From an uncultured Clostridia bacterium (GTDB lineage Bacteria > Bacillota > Clostridia > Christensenellales > Borkfalkiaceae): a stretch of 64,000 bases of DNA. Of this stretch, positions 36,226 to 46,101 are shown in pieces. Location of the stretch: NCBI GenBank assembly GCA_904502225.1, contig CAJGDO010000002.1, positions 1,425 through 65,424 of the forward strand, read 5' to 3'. Position numbers and translations under genes: made by a program. The first letter of the stretch is position 1; each line of letters begins with the position of its first letter. Below the pieces are notes generated by a model. That model did not search any database, was not told the DNA's origin, and saw nothing but the letters and a program-made list of their open reading frames with translations.

Positions 36226-37575
36226 ATGGATAAGGAAAATTACGAGATTTTATGGGAAAATGTGTTTTTGCCACAAATTGAAAGGCTTGTCAGTTCAGTA
36301 GCGTTTGGAAGTTTTATTATGAACTTAAAGCCTGTTGACCTTAAAGGCAACGTTATCGTGCTTTGCACCGAAAGCAAGATTTTTGCCGACGGGGTGACAA
36401 ATAACTTAATCGGGAACAAAATTAAAGAGGCTATCTTAAAGTGCGACACTTATATTAACGACTTTGAAGTGGTGGTTGCAAAGGATAGAGAGGAATATTT
36501 AAAGCAACTTGGCGAGGACGAAAGGGAAAATATCCAAAACCAAGGCTCGCCAATCAACGCTAAATTCACTTTTGAATCGTTTGTTGTTGGACCATCAAAC
36601 GAAATGATTTATGCTGCCGCAAAAGCCGTTGCTGAAAACCCAGGCGATTCTTATAACCCACTTTTCGTTTATGGTGGCACGGGTTTAGGTAAAACGCACA
36701 TTTTAATGGCTATTGCTAACTACTTAAAAATTCACAACCCTACCCTTAACGTGTTGTACGCTACTTGCGAGCAGTTTACTAACCAATTTATCGAAGGGTT
36801 AAGTAAAGGCAAAGGAACAAACGCCAATGCCGAGTTTAGAAGAAGATATAGAAACGTGGACGTGTTGTTGATTGACGACGTGCAGTTTTTGGCAACCAAG
36901 CAAGGTATTCAAACAGAGTTTTTCCACACCTTTAACGAACTTGTTATGCAAAATAAGCAAGTCGTTTTGGCGTCGGATAGGCCACCAAAGGAAATTGAAG
37001 TTTTGGAAGAAAGACTCCGCACACGTTTTGAAGGCGGGCTTTTAGCAGACGTTCAACCACCTGATTTGGAAACAAGAATTGCTATTCTAAAAAGAAAGTC
37101 AGAAGAGAAAAAGTGTGTTGTAAACGTTAAGGTCTTAACCTATATCGCTGAAATGAACGACGGGGATATTAGAACGCTTATCGGCAAGTTGACAAAGGTT
37201 ATTTTTGCATCTAAATTGCATGAAAAGCCTATCACTATCGAACTTGTGAACGAGGCGTTAAAAGAATCTGCTGGCGAAAGGCAAGAAGAACTCCGTGCCG
37301 AAGATATTATCAACAGTGTTTGCGAGTTTTATAAGGTTTCAAAGCAAGACATTATGTCAAAGAAAAAGACCAAAGAGATTGCACTTGCAAGACAAGTTAG
37401 TATGTATTTGGTAATCGATATGATGACCTTGCCACAAGTGACGGTTGGTAAGATTTTCAGCCGTGACCACGCAACCGTTAACTACACTCGTGATAAGATT
37501 AGCGAGCAAATGGAAACGGATAGGAAGTTATCAATCGAAATTAACGATATTAAGAAAAAATTGCTTAAAGAATAA
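36226..37575 (+). CDS. dnaA: Chromosomal replication initiator DnaA
   Basis: It has the AAA+ motif (GGTGLGKTHIL), box VII, and the C-terminal DNA-binding motif (IALARQVSMYL...FSRDHATV). Confidence 0.97.
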   Translation: MDKENYEILWENVFLPQIERLVSSVAFGSFIMNLKPVDLKGNVIVLCTESKIFADGVTNNLIGNKIKEAILKCDTYINDFEVVVAKDREEYLKQLGEDERENIQNQGSPINAKFTFESFVVGPSNEMIYAAAKAVAENPGDSYNPLFVYGGTGLGKTHILMAIANYLKIHNPTLNVLYATCEQFTNQFIEGLSKGKGTNANAEFRRRYRNVDVLLIDDVQFLATKQGIQTEFFHTFNELVMQNKQVVLASDRPPKEIEVLEERLRTRFEGGLLADVQPPDLETRIAILKRKSEEKKCVVNVKVLTYIAEMNDGDIRTLIGKLTKVIFASKLHEKPITIELVNEALKESAGERQEELRAEDIINSVCEFYKVSKQDIMSKKKTKEIALARQVSMYLVIDMMTLPQVTVGKIFSRDHATVNYTRDKISEQMETDRKLSIEINDIKKKLLKE

Positions 37576-37605
37576 TATAAACATTATTATATAAAGTGTT
37601 TTAGT

Positions 37606-39474
37606 ATGGAAAATAGATTTATTGAAGGACAATTTGATGCAGTCGTTATCGGTGCAGGACACGCCGGTTGCGAAGCGGCATTAGCCCTTGCAAGAACGGG
37701 CTTTAAAACGGTTATGCTAACCTTAAACCTTGATAGCATAGCCTTTATGGCGTGCAATCCTTCAATAGGCGGAACGGCAAAGGGGCAAATCGTTAAGGAA
37801 ATTGACGCACTCGGTGGCGAAATGGGTATTAACGCAGACAACGCACTTTTGCAAATCCGCATGCTCAACCGTGGTAAAGGTGCGGCTGTTCAATCGTTAA
37901 GGGGGCAAGCCGACAAAAACTATTACCACACAATAATGAAAAAGACGCTTGAAAACACCCCTAACCTTAAAATTTTGCAAGGCGAAGCAGTGGAAATTTT
38001 GACCGATGATGACGGCAAAAAGGTTGTTGGCGTGTTGACTTCTTTTGGCGGGGTTATAGAGTGTAAAAGCGTGGTCGTTGCAACGGGCGTTTACCTAAAC
38101 GGAAGCGTTATCGCTGGCGAGTGGAGGCAAAATTCTGGGCCAAACGGCTTTCAAGCAGCAAACGGGGGATTGACTGAAAACCTTATTAAACTTGGCTTTA
38201 CCATCAGAAGATTTAAGACGGGAACGCCTGCAAGGGTGGATAAAAGAACGATTGATTTTTCGGTTTTGGAAATTCAGGACGGCGAAAAGGATATTTACCC
38301 GTTCAGTTTTTTAACAAAGCAAGTGCCACAAAACCAAACGCCTTGCTATTTGACTTACACAAACGAAAAAACCCACCAAATTATAAGGGACAATTTGCAT
38401 AGAAGTCCGCTTTACGGTGGGCTTATAAAAGGCACAGGGCCAAGATATTGCCCGTCTATTGAAGATAAGGTCGTTCGTTTTAGCGATAAAGAACGCCACC
38501 AACTCTTTTTAGAGCCAGAAGGGGCTGACACCAACGAAATTTACGTTCAAGGCTTATCCACTTCACTTCCACACGACGTTCAAAAGGCTATGTATAGAAC
38601 GATTAAGGGTTTGGAAAATTGCGAGATTATGAGATATGCTTACGCTATCGAGTATGACTGCATTGATTCGCTTGACCTATACCCTACCCTAGAATATAAA
38701 AAAATTGAAGGGCTTTACACGGCAGGGCAAATTAACGGCACAAGCGGTTATGAAGAGGCTGCTGCACAAGGGCTTATCGCAGGGCTTAACGCTTCACTAA
38801 AAATGCGTGGCGAAAAACCGTTGATTTTATCCCGTGATGATGGATACATTGGCGTTTTAATTGATGACCTTGTGACAAAAGGCACCAACGAACCATATAG
38901 AATGATGACAAGCCGTGCAGAATATCGAATTGTGTTAAGGCAAGATAACCCAGATTTTAGGCTTACCGAAAAAGGTAGAAATGCTGGGCTTGTTGACGAT
39001 GATAGATACCAAAGGTTTTTGGAAAGGAAGCGTTTGTGGGAATTGGCAACCGACGAAATGAACGTTTTAGTTAAACCAAAAGATGCTGAAAGTTTGCTTA
39101 AAAAGTATGGTTATGAAAAGGCAAACCAAGGCTTAACCAAGGGAGACCTTATAAGGCGTGGAATTCCACTATCCGATATAATTAGTGAACTTGGTGGTTT
39201 TGACGGGATTGACAGTGCAATTCTTGCAACCGTTGAGATTGACGCAAAATATCAAGGGTATTTGCAAAAAGGTTTAGAGCAGATTGAAAAGGCAAAGAAA
39301 CTTGAAGAAAAAGATTTGCCAGACGATATTGATTATCTTTCAATTAAGGGTTTAAGAATTGAAGCCCAACAAAAACTAGATAAGATTAGGCCAAAGAACC
39401 TAGGGCAAGCGGGCAGAATTTCCGGCGTTTCCCCAGCAGACATTGCAGTTTTAATGGTTTATTTAAGAAAATAA
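37606..39474 (+). CDS. mnmG: tRNA uridine 5-carboxymethylaminomethyl modification enzyme MnmG (GidA)
   Basis: It has the FAD motif (DAVVIGAGHAGCEAA) and GidA motifs (GPRYCPSIEDK, GQINGTSGYEEAAAQG). Confidence 0.95.
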   Translation: MENRFIEGQFDAVVIGAGHAGCEAALALARTGFKTVMLTLNLDSIAFMACNPSIGGTAKGQIVKEIDALGGEMGINADNALLQIRMLNRGKGAAVQSLRGQADKNYYHTIMKKTLENTPNLKILQGEAVEILTDDDGKKVVGVLTSFGGVIECKSVVVATGVYLNGSVIAGEWRQNSGPNGFQAANGGLTENLIKLGFTIRRFKTGTPARVDKRTIDFSVLEIQDGEKDIYPFSFLTKQVPQNQTPCYLTYTNEKTHQIIRDNLHRSPLYGGLIKGTGPRYCPSIEDKVVRFSDKERHQLFLEPEGADTNEIYVQGLSTSLPHDVQKAMYRTIKGLENCEIMRYAYAIEYDCIDSLDLYPTLEYKKIEGLYTAGQINGTSGYEEAAAQGLIAGLNASLKMRGEKPLILSRDDGYIGVLIDDLVTKGTNEPYRMMTSRAEYRIVLRQDNPDFRLTEKGRNAGLVDDDRYQRFLERKRLWELATDEMNVLVKPKDAESLLKKYGYEKANQGLTKGDLIRRGIPLSDIISELGGFDGIDSAILATVEIDAKYQGYLQKGLEQIEKAKKLEEKDLPDDIDYLSIKGLRIEAQQKLDKIRPKNLGQAGRISGVSPADIAVLMVYLRK

Positions 39475-39503
39475 AAAAAGCGTGAGATTTTCTCACGCTT
39501 TTA
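39474..39503. terminator. Bidirectional terminator between mnmG and the DUF898 gene
   Basis: The stem AGCGTGAGA/TCTCACGCT is flanked by an A-run and a T-run. Confidence 0.75.
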
Positions 39504-39516
39504 ATATAACCTGTGA

Positions 39517-39846
39517 CTAGATTATAGGCTCATATTTGCCAGATTCTAAAGTATGGGTGTGCTTGGTAATCCATTTTTGCATCTTAATTGTAAGCCAGAA
39601 TGCATAAATACCAAGAGTGATGATAGTAAGGAAGAACCACTTAATATAATTACCAAAAAGTTGTCCACCTGTGCCGTCAAAACATAAACGGTTGCCATCA
39701 ATTATAGTGTGCGAAGTAAACCATTTTTGTTTTAAGCACGTTGCCCAAGGTAAGCCAAGGCCAAGTGTTATAATTGTTAAAAAGCCTGTTAATAAATTAA
39801 TGCCAATTAACCCCAACAAACCGCCGTCAAATTTAGATTCTCTCAT
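39517..39846 (-). CDS. DUF898 (YjgN-like) membrane protein
   Basis: The motif FDGGLLGLIGINLLTGFLTIITLGLGLPWA...GIYAFW matches the DUF898 pattern from memory. Confidence 0.7.
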   Translation of the reverse strand: MRESKFDGGLLGLIGINLLTGFLTIITLGLGLPWATCLKQKWFTSHTIIDGNRLCFDGTGGQLFGNYIKWFFLTIITLGIYAFWLTIKMQKWITKHTHTLESGKYEPII

Positions 39847-39891
39847 AATAACTCTCCTTTGAATAAAATATACCGAAACGGGATATTTTTA

Positions 39892-39910
39892 TTATACCGA
39901 TTCGGTATAA
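39892..39910. promoter_or_regulatory. Perfect 9-1-9 palindrome TTATACCGA-T-TCGGTATAA; likely operator of the XRE regulator
   Basis: It overlaps the presumed -10 region 14 nt upstream of the XRE start. A related imperfect palindrome (AATATACCGAAACGGGATATT) is at 39867..39887. Confidence 0.5.
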
Positions 39911-39923
39911 TAATGTCAAGCGT

Positions 39924-40130
39924 ATGAAACTAAAATTTTTAAGGGAAAAGAGAAAAATATCTCAATTAAAACTTGCTGTTGACTTAAATATGAATCAAAA
40001 CAGCATAAGTAGGTATGAAAACGGGCAAAGGCAAGCCGATTATGAAACGTTGATAGCGTTTGCTGATTATTTTGACGTTTCCATTGATTATTTGTTAGAA
40101 AGAACAGATAATCCAAAAATGAACAAATAA
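39924..40130 (+). CDS. XRE-family helix-turn-helix transcriptional regulator
   Basis: A 68-aa product with the HTH_3 motif (LREKRKISQLKLAVDLNMNQNSISRYENGQRQADYETLIAFADYFDVSIDYLL). Confidence 0.8.
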   Translation: MKLKFLREKRKISQLKLAVDLNMNQNSISRYENGQRQADYETLIAFADYFDVSIDYLLERTDNPKMNK

Positions 40131-40181
40131 AAAATTGAAGAGCCTTGCAAGGTTTTGCCTTGCAAGGCTCACGTTCTTTTT

Positions 40182-40523
40182 CAGTCGGTCTATAAGCCGA
40201 GTTCTGTCGTGTACGGTCATTTATCTACGAATAACGTTGCCGTTATCCCCCAGCGATATTTGTTAAACTGTTTTGGCGAAACTCCCTAATAAAACAGTTT
40301 GTCAATCTTGCGTCGGGTGGGGTTTACATTGCACCTTGTGTCGCCACTCGGTCGGTGTGCTCTTACCACGCCTTTTCACCATTACCTAAAAATAGGCAGT
40401 TGTTTTCTGTTGCACTTTCCTTAAAGTCACCTTCACCGGGATTTCTCCGGCACCCTGTTTCTAAAACGCTCGGACTTTCCTCATTGACAGGCTCTCCCTG
40501 TCCCCGCGACCGTATAACCAACT
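40182..40523 (-). ncRNA. rnpB: RNase P RNA (ribozyme component)
   Basis: The minus strand carries the universal GAGGAAAGTCCG motif near the 5' end and ACAGAACTCGGCTTATAG near the 3' end. The termini AGTTGGTTATA / TATAGACCGACT can pair as P1. A terminator hairpin follows at 40141..40168. The ends are approximate (+/-10 nt). Confidence 0.9.
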
Positions 40524-40967
40524 CAAAAAGTAAAAGTATTATATATTAATTTATCAGTTTTGTCAACTAAAAATAAAAAAGACCGAGTTAATCCATTATT
40601 TTACTAATTTTTATTAGGTAATTATTACTTAATTAAAATTCTAATAACTTCTTTAAGCCAGTCTTTTTCGTTTTTTCAAGGTTTAGTTTTAAGATTTTTT
40701 ATAAATCGTCAGCATCTTGAACAGGTTTTTCATACTTATCAAAAGCGTTTACACCTGTATATGAACCTTGCGTATCAAAATTGCTTATAAATGATTTCTT
40801 ACTTGCAATTTTTCGCATCGTTTTGCTTCTTGCTATTCGTTTTACTTTTCTTATTATCTCTCATAATCTTCCCCCTTGATAATATGTTGTGTAGAAAACA
40901 AAAAGATATACATTTAAAAACAAAAAAACGACAAAAATTTTGCCGTTTTATTTTTTTGTTTAATAAA

Positions 40968-41792
40968 TTATCTAACGCCTATTCTGGTTGCTTTTGCTTT
41001 GCCACTTAAAAGGTCGTTAATCGAGCATTTTGCCGATGCGATTATAACCTTTGTGCCAATCTTAACAGCGTCTTTAATGTATTCAAGTTTAGCCTTTGCA
41101 CCGTTTGCCCCCGCACGAGATGCACCGTTGCAATAATTTTCACACTCGGTAATGTTATCCAAAACTTCGTAAACGTCCTTACCAGAAATTTCTTCAATCA
41201 AAGTGCTTGGGTCGTGGCTATCCTTATAAATACCGTCTGCACTTGTTAAAATAAGCAAGGTTTTTGCTTTAACAAGGCAAGCAATTTGGGAAGCCGTTTC
41301 ATCGTTGTCAACACACTCAACAACCTTTGAATTTTGGTTTTTAAGCGATTGAATTTCAAACCTTCTGCTTTCTTCTGTGCTGATAGCATCGTTATAGTTA
41401 ATAATAGGAATAGCGTTTTGCTCGGTTGCACGAATAAGCATTGCTTTAAGGTGTTCCCTTTTTTGTGGGTCGTTAAAGTGTTGGTGTTCAACCAAAACTT
41501 GACGGAGCGAGTACTTTGAATCGACAAACTCACGATAGGTTGACATTAAAATTGATTGACCTTGCGATGCATAGTCGGTCTTAATATCTTCCTTTTCGCC
41601 AGAAAGTTCTTTTCCGTTTCTCTTTATATAGTCAAGCCTGCCCGTTTCGGCAGCACCACTCGTTATCCAAATATATCCCGGTTTAAGTTCAGACGAAAGC
41701 CTTGCAATCAAGGTATAGTCTAAAATATTGCTTGCTTTATCAATGAGAGCCATTGAACCGATTTTGCCAACGAGTTCAATATCAAAATTCAT
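40968..41792 (-). CDS. Amino-acid kinase family protein (glutamate 5-kinase-like, no PUA domain)
   Basis: The N-terminal motif VGKIGSMALID and the motif ITSGAAETG are typical of the AA_kinase fold. I prefer the ATG at 41792, which follows an AGGTGA RBS. The exact substrate cannot be called. Confidence 0.6.
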   Translation of the reverse strand: MNFDIELVGKIGSMALIDKASNILDYTLIARLSSELKPGYIWITSGAAETGRLDYIKRNGKELSGEKEDIKTDYASQGQSILMSTYREFVDSKYSLRQVLVEHQHFNDPQKREHLKAMLIRATEQNAIPIINYNDAISTEESRRFEIQSLKNQNSKVVECVDNDETASQIACLVKAKTLLILTSADGIYKDSHDPSTLIEEISGKDVYEVLDNITECENYCNGASRAGANGAKAKLEYIKDAVKIGTKVIIASAKCSINDLLSGKAKATRIGVR

Positions 41793-41931
41793 AATAATCA
41801 CCTAAAAAATCAAATTTTCCCCTATATTATAATCTAAAACTGCAAAATATTCAACTAATTACACCACAATTAAGTATTAAAATGCTATTTTTGGCAAAAC
41901 TACTAAAAAAGAAAGATAAGGAGAGAAAATT

Positions 41932-42459
41932 ATGAAGTTAAAAGATAGCAAAACTTACGACAATTTGATGAAAGCATATTTAAGAGAATCGGGTGCATAT
42001 AACGAATATTCTTTTTATGCCGATCAAGCAAAAAAAGACGGCTTTGAAGTGATTTACAACGTGTTTAAGCAGTTTGCCGACAACGAGCAAGCCCATGCAA
42101 AAGTATGGTTTAAGTTGTTCCACGGAATCGCCAGCACCGAAGAAAACCTTAAAGATGCGGCAGACCTTGAAAATTACGAGCGTTCAGTTTTATATGCAGA
42201 GTTTGCAAAGATTGCAAGAGAAGAAGGCTTTGACGATATCGCCGAACTTTTTGACGGCGTTTCAGCCATTGAAAGACAACACGAAGAAAAGTACCTTTGC
42301 CTTTTAGAAAAGGTTAAAAACGACAAAATGTTTAGCGAGTCAAAAGAAGTTTGGTGGAAATGTTCTAACTGCGGGCATAAGCACAAAGGCAAAAACCCAC
42401 CTGAAAAATGCCCCGTTTGTTCTCACCCACAAGCCTTTTTTGGTTTGGACAACCAGTAA
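41932..42459 (+). CDS. rbr: Rubrerythrin
   Basis: It has a ferritin-like diiron domain (ESGAYNEYSFYADQAKKDG...NEQAHAKVW) and a C-terminal rubredoxin motif (CSNCGH...CPVCSHP). Confidence 0.9.
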   Translation: MKLKDSKTYDNLMKAYLRESGAYNEYSFYADQAKKDGFEVIYNVFKQFADNEQAHAKVWFKLFHGIASTEENLKDAADLENYERSVLYAEFAKIAREEGFDDIAELFDGVSAIERQHEEKYLCLLEKVKNDKMFSESKEVWWKCSNCGHKHKGKNPPEKCPVCSHPQAFFGLDNQ

Positions 42460-42517
42460 TAAAAAATCGTTAATAAAAAACCTTTGGCTTTTTGCCAAAG
42501 GTTTTTTGTGTTTAAGT

Positions 42518-43789
42518 TTATCTACTTGCAAGGTCAAAAATTGCCTTTTTATAAATTTTATATGCGGTCAAAAGATTTTCAATCGACACTTGTTCGTTTG
42601 CATCGTGGATATTATCAACTTGCCCAACAAATTTTGGGCCAAAAGAACAGCCTTTACTAAACGCCCTTGCAAAAGTCGAGCCACCCATACTTACAGGTTG
42701 GGCGGTTTCGCCCGTAATCTCGTTATAAGCACCAAGCAAGGTTTGAACAAAACTGCCTGTTTTTTCAACCATAACCGATGGGTGTTTTATTGAAGTTTTA
42801 ACGTTTAGGTTAAACTTTTCAAAGTATGGCAAAAAGTCCTTTTGTTCAAGCGGTGCAGGGAAACGGCAATCGCATTTAATAGTAATTACGCCGTCCTTTT
42901 CGCTAATTAAGTTTGGCGAAAAGGTAAGATAGCCTTGCTCGGTTTTAAGTTTGCCAACTTCCAACTTGTCATAAAAAATATAATCTAAAACTTGTTTAAC
43001 GTCCTCGCCTTGGCTTAAAAAGTATTCAAAAAGTGGCTTGATTGCGTTTTTGCCAAGATGTGGAACAGAACCGTGTGCAGATTTGCCTTTTGAAACGATA
43101 AGCCCCTCGTCATTAAGAGCAAGCCCAAACTTTTTAAGTTCATTTTCATCGACCTTGATAAGTGGTTGTGCCGTTGCATAATCGCAAACGGCGTTTATAA
43201 CCGTGCCACCCTTAATGTCGGCAAAGTTTTTAAGGCTGTTAATGGAAAAGTTGACGTAAGCAATGCCCTTTTCAGCATAACTTAACGGAAAGTCGCCGTC
43301 AGGCGAAAAGCCAAACTCGGGAACGGTGGTTTTTGTGTTTAGATAGTCTATATCTCGCCAACCCGTTTCTTCATCAGTGCCAACGAAAAGGCGGAATTTT
43401 TTGTTTACCGAAAGCCCGCTTTCTTTTAGTTCTTTTAATGCGTAAAGGCAAGATAAAAGCGGTGCTTTATCATCACAAACGCCCCTGCCATATAAAACGC
43501 CGTCCTTTTCGGTTAGAGTAAAAGGGTCGGTTTCCCAACCTAAACCTGTTGGGACAACGTCAATGTGCCCGATAATCCCCACTTCTTCGCCCGTGCCGAA
43601 AAAAACTTCGCCAATATAGTTGTCGTAATTGATTGTTTCAAAGCCAAAAGACTTTGCAAGGTTCAAAAAGTAGTTAAGGCAAAGGGAATTTTGCTCGCCA
43701 AACGGTGCGTTCGGCAAAGGTTTACCGCAAACGGTTTTATATGAAATTAGTTTTTCTAAATGTAAAAGGTAGTTGTTAAAATCACGCAT
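42518..43789 (-). CDS. M20-family dipeptidase (PepV/Sapep-like)
   Basis: Motifs GHIDVVP, GRGVCDDKAP and VGTDEETGW are present. I prefer the ATG at 43789, which follows an AGGGG RBS. Confidence 0.85.
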   Translation of the reverse strand: MRDFNNYLLHLEKLISYKTVCGKPLPNAPFGEQNSLCLNYFLNLAKSFGFETINYDNYIGEVFFGTGEEVGIIGHIDVVPTGLGWETDPFTLTEKDGVLYGRGVCDDKAPLLSCLYALKELKESGLSVNKKFRLFVGTDEETGWRDIDYLNTKTTVPEFGFSPDGDFPLSYAEKGIAYVNFSINSLKNFADIKGGTVINAVCDYATAQPLIKVDENELKKFGLALNDEGLIVSKGKSAHGSVPHLGKNAIKPLFEYFLSQGEDVKQVLDYIFYDKLEVGKLKTEQGYLTFSPNLISEKDGVITIKCDCRFPAPLEQKDFLPYFEKFNLNVKTSIKHPSVMVEKTGSFVQTLLGAYNEITGETAQPVSMGGSTFARAFSKGCSFGPKFVGQVDNIHDANEQVSIENLLTAYKIYKKAIFDLASR

Positions 43790-43922
43790 AATAACCCCTA
43801 AAAGTCTGTTTAATTGATAGTTTACTATTATATTATACAATAACTATAAAAATATTGTAATCATATTGACAAAAATAATTTTTTTATTTTGTTTTTTTAT
43901 GATTTTATGATAAAATATTTTT

Positions 43923-44651
43923 ATGAGCAAAGATAAGAATTTACACGCTGGGCATAGGGCCCGTGCAGTTGAATTGTTATTGAATAATGCAGAGGCTCTT
44001 ACAGACCATCAGGTTCTAGAAGTTTTGTTGTTTTACGTTGTGCCAAGAATTGACACTAACCCGCTTGCACATAGGCTAATCAGGATTTTTGGGGACCTTA
44101 ACGGTGTGTTCAGTGCAAGTAAAGAGCAACTTTCGGCTGTCGATGGTGTGGGTGAAAGAGTTTCAGCATTTATTGTCGCTATGGGCGAAGTGCTTAAAAG
44201 GGCAAGCAAAAAAGCCGAAAGGCAAATTGATTTTTCCACACCACAAAAGACAAAAGATTTTGTAATCGGGCTTTTAAGGTACGAAAGAAGCGAAAAGTTT
44301 ATAATGCTTTTGTTAGACAAAAGGTTTTCGCTTGTTGCAAAGGTTGAGTTTACCGATAACGAAAAACACAAAGTCAGTGCGGAAATACCTGAACTTGTAA
44401 GTGCACTTAACGTCTATAAGCCTTGCCATGCAATTTTGACGCATAATCACACAAGCAATAACTGTTCACCAACCGCTGAAGACGACCTTTCGACTAAAAA
44501 GATTAATCTTTTGTGCCAATTAAACGGCGTTAATCTTATCGACCACGTTATCGTTGCGGGGGAAAAGACGTTTAGTTATAAAGCCGAAGGGCTTATTGAA
44601 AAAATTAAAGAACAAACCAATTTAGAAAAAATATTTAATGATATAAAATAG
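43923..44651 (+). CDS. radC: RadC-like JAB-domain protein
   Basis: It has an HhH region (LSAVDGVGERVSAFI) and a JAMM-like motif (ILTHNHTSNNCSPTAEDDLSTKKI). Confidence 0.85.
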   Translation: MSKDKNLHAGHRARAVELLLNNAEALTDHQVLEVLLFYVVPRIDTNPLAHRLIRIFGDLNGVFSASKEQLSAVDGVGERVSAFIVAMGEVLKRASKKAERQIDFSTPQKTKDFVIGLLRYERSEKFIMLLLDKRFSLVAKVEFTDNEKHKVSAEIPELVSALNVYKPCHAILTHNHTSNNCSPTAEDDLSTKKINLLCQLNGVNLIDHVIVAGEKTFSYKAEGLIEKIKEQTNLEKIFNDIK

Positions 44652-44667
44652 ATTTTAGGAGAAAAAT

Positions 44668-46101
44668 ATGGTAAGAACTCGTTTCGCACCAAGCCCAACA
44701 GGTTATTTGCATATCGGTGGGCTTCGAACAGCACTTTACGGATACCTTTATTCAAAGCGTTATGACGGAAAGTTTATTTTAAGAATTGAAGATACTGACA
44801 CGGCAAGATATGTTGACGGGTCTGTTCAAATTATTTACGATACTATGCGTGATTCGGGCATTATGTATGATGAAGGCCCAGACGTTGGCGGGGATTTTGG
44901 CCCTTACGTTCAAAGTGAAAGAAAAGACCTTTATTTAGAGTACGCAAAAAAACTGGTTGAACTTGGCGGGGCATATTACTGTTTCTGTAAGCCTGAAAGA
45001 ATTGAAGGCTTAAAGGATGAAACGGGCAACATCAGATACGACAAGCACTGCTTAAAACTTTCAAAAGAAGAAATTGAGGCAAAAATTAAGGCGGGCGAGC
45101 CATACGTTATCCGTCAAAACGTGCCACTTGAAGGCACGGGCAGTTATCACGACCTTGTTTATGGTGACATTAGCGTTGACTATAAAGATATTGAAGACGG
45201 TATATTGATTAAGAGTGACGGAATGCCAACATATAACTTTGCAAACGTTGTTGATGACCACTTGATGGGCATTACCCACGTTATTCGTGGCACCGAATAT
45301 CTTTCTTCTACACCAAAATATAATCTTATGTACGATGCATTTGGTTGGGAAAGACCAACTTACATTCACCTTCCACCTATTATGAAGGACGCTCAACACA
45401 AGTTAAGCAAGAGAAATGGCGACGCAAGTTATGAAGATTTTGTAAATAAGGGCTACGTTAAAGAGGCAATCGTAAACTACATTGCACTTTTAGGCTGGAG
45501 TCCAAAGTCTAACGTTGAAAAAATGAGTTTAAGCGAACTTTGTGCAAACTTTTCGCTTGAAGGCATCAACAAGTCGCCATCAATATTTGACGAAGCCAAA
45601 ATGAAATGGCTTTCTGGCGAATATATTAAGGCTATGACTGATGAAGAGTTTGTTGAAAAAGCAGACAAGTTCTTAAAAGAAAGCAAGGTTTACGGCAAAT
45701 ACGATTTATTAAAGATTGCATCTTTATTAAAAACAAGAATTGAAATCTTTAGCGAAATACCTGAAAAAATCAACTTTTTAGAAGAGTTTGATAGATACGA
45801 TTTAGAACTTTACACGCATAAGAAGATGAAGACGGACAAAGAAATCGCTAAAACCGTTCTTCCACTTGCAAGAAAGGCTATTGCTGAATTAAAAGAGTTC
45901 ACTTTTGACGGCGTGCACGATTCGTTAATGGCACTTGTTGAACAACTTGGCGTTAAAAACGGGCAAGTTTTCTGGTGCGTTAGGGTTGCTATCTCTGGCA
46001 AACAATCAACTGCTGGTGGCGTTATGGAAATTGCCGAACTTTTAGGCAAGGAAGAAACGCTTAAAAGACTTGACTATTCAATAGCATTGTTAAACGAATA
46101 A
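44668..46101 (+). CDS. gltX: Glutamate--tRNA ligase
   Basis: It has the class I HIGH motif (PSPTGYLHIGG) and the KMSKS variant (KLSKRNG). Confidence 0.95.
   Translation: MVRTRFAPSPTGYLHIGGLRTALYGYLYSKRYDGKFILRIEDTDTARYVDGSVQIIYDTMRDSGIMYDEGPDVGGDFGPYVQSERKDLYLEYAKKLVELGGAYYCFCKPERIEGLKDETGNIRYDKHCLKLSKEEIEAKIKAGEPYVIRQNVPLEGTGSYHDLVYGDISVDYKDIEDGILIKSDGMPTYNFANVVDDHLMGITHVIRGTEYLSSTPKYNLMYDAFGWERPTYIHLPPIMKDAQHKLSKRNGDASYEDFVNKGYVKEAIVNYIALLGWSPKSNVEKMSLSELCANFSLEGINKSPSIFDEAKMKWLSGEYIKAMTDEEFVEKADKFLKESKVYGKYDLLKIASLLKTRIEIFSEIPEKINFLEEFDRYDLELYTHKKMKTDKEIAKTVLPLARKAIAELKEFTFDGVHDSLMALVEQLGVKNGQVFWCVRVAISGKQSTAGGVMEIAELLGKEETLKRLDYSIALLNE

Noticed and set aside
40355-40549. 64-aa + strand ORF
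   Set aside because: It lies entirely inside the RNase P RNA gene, on the opposite strand, and has no RBS.
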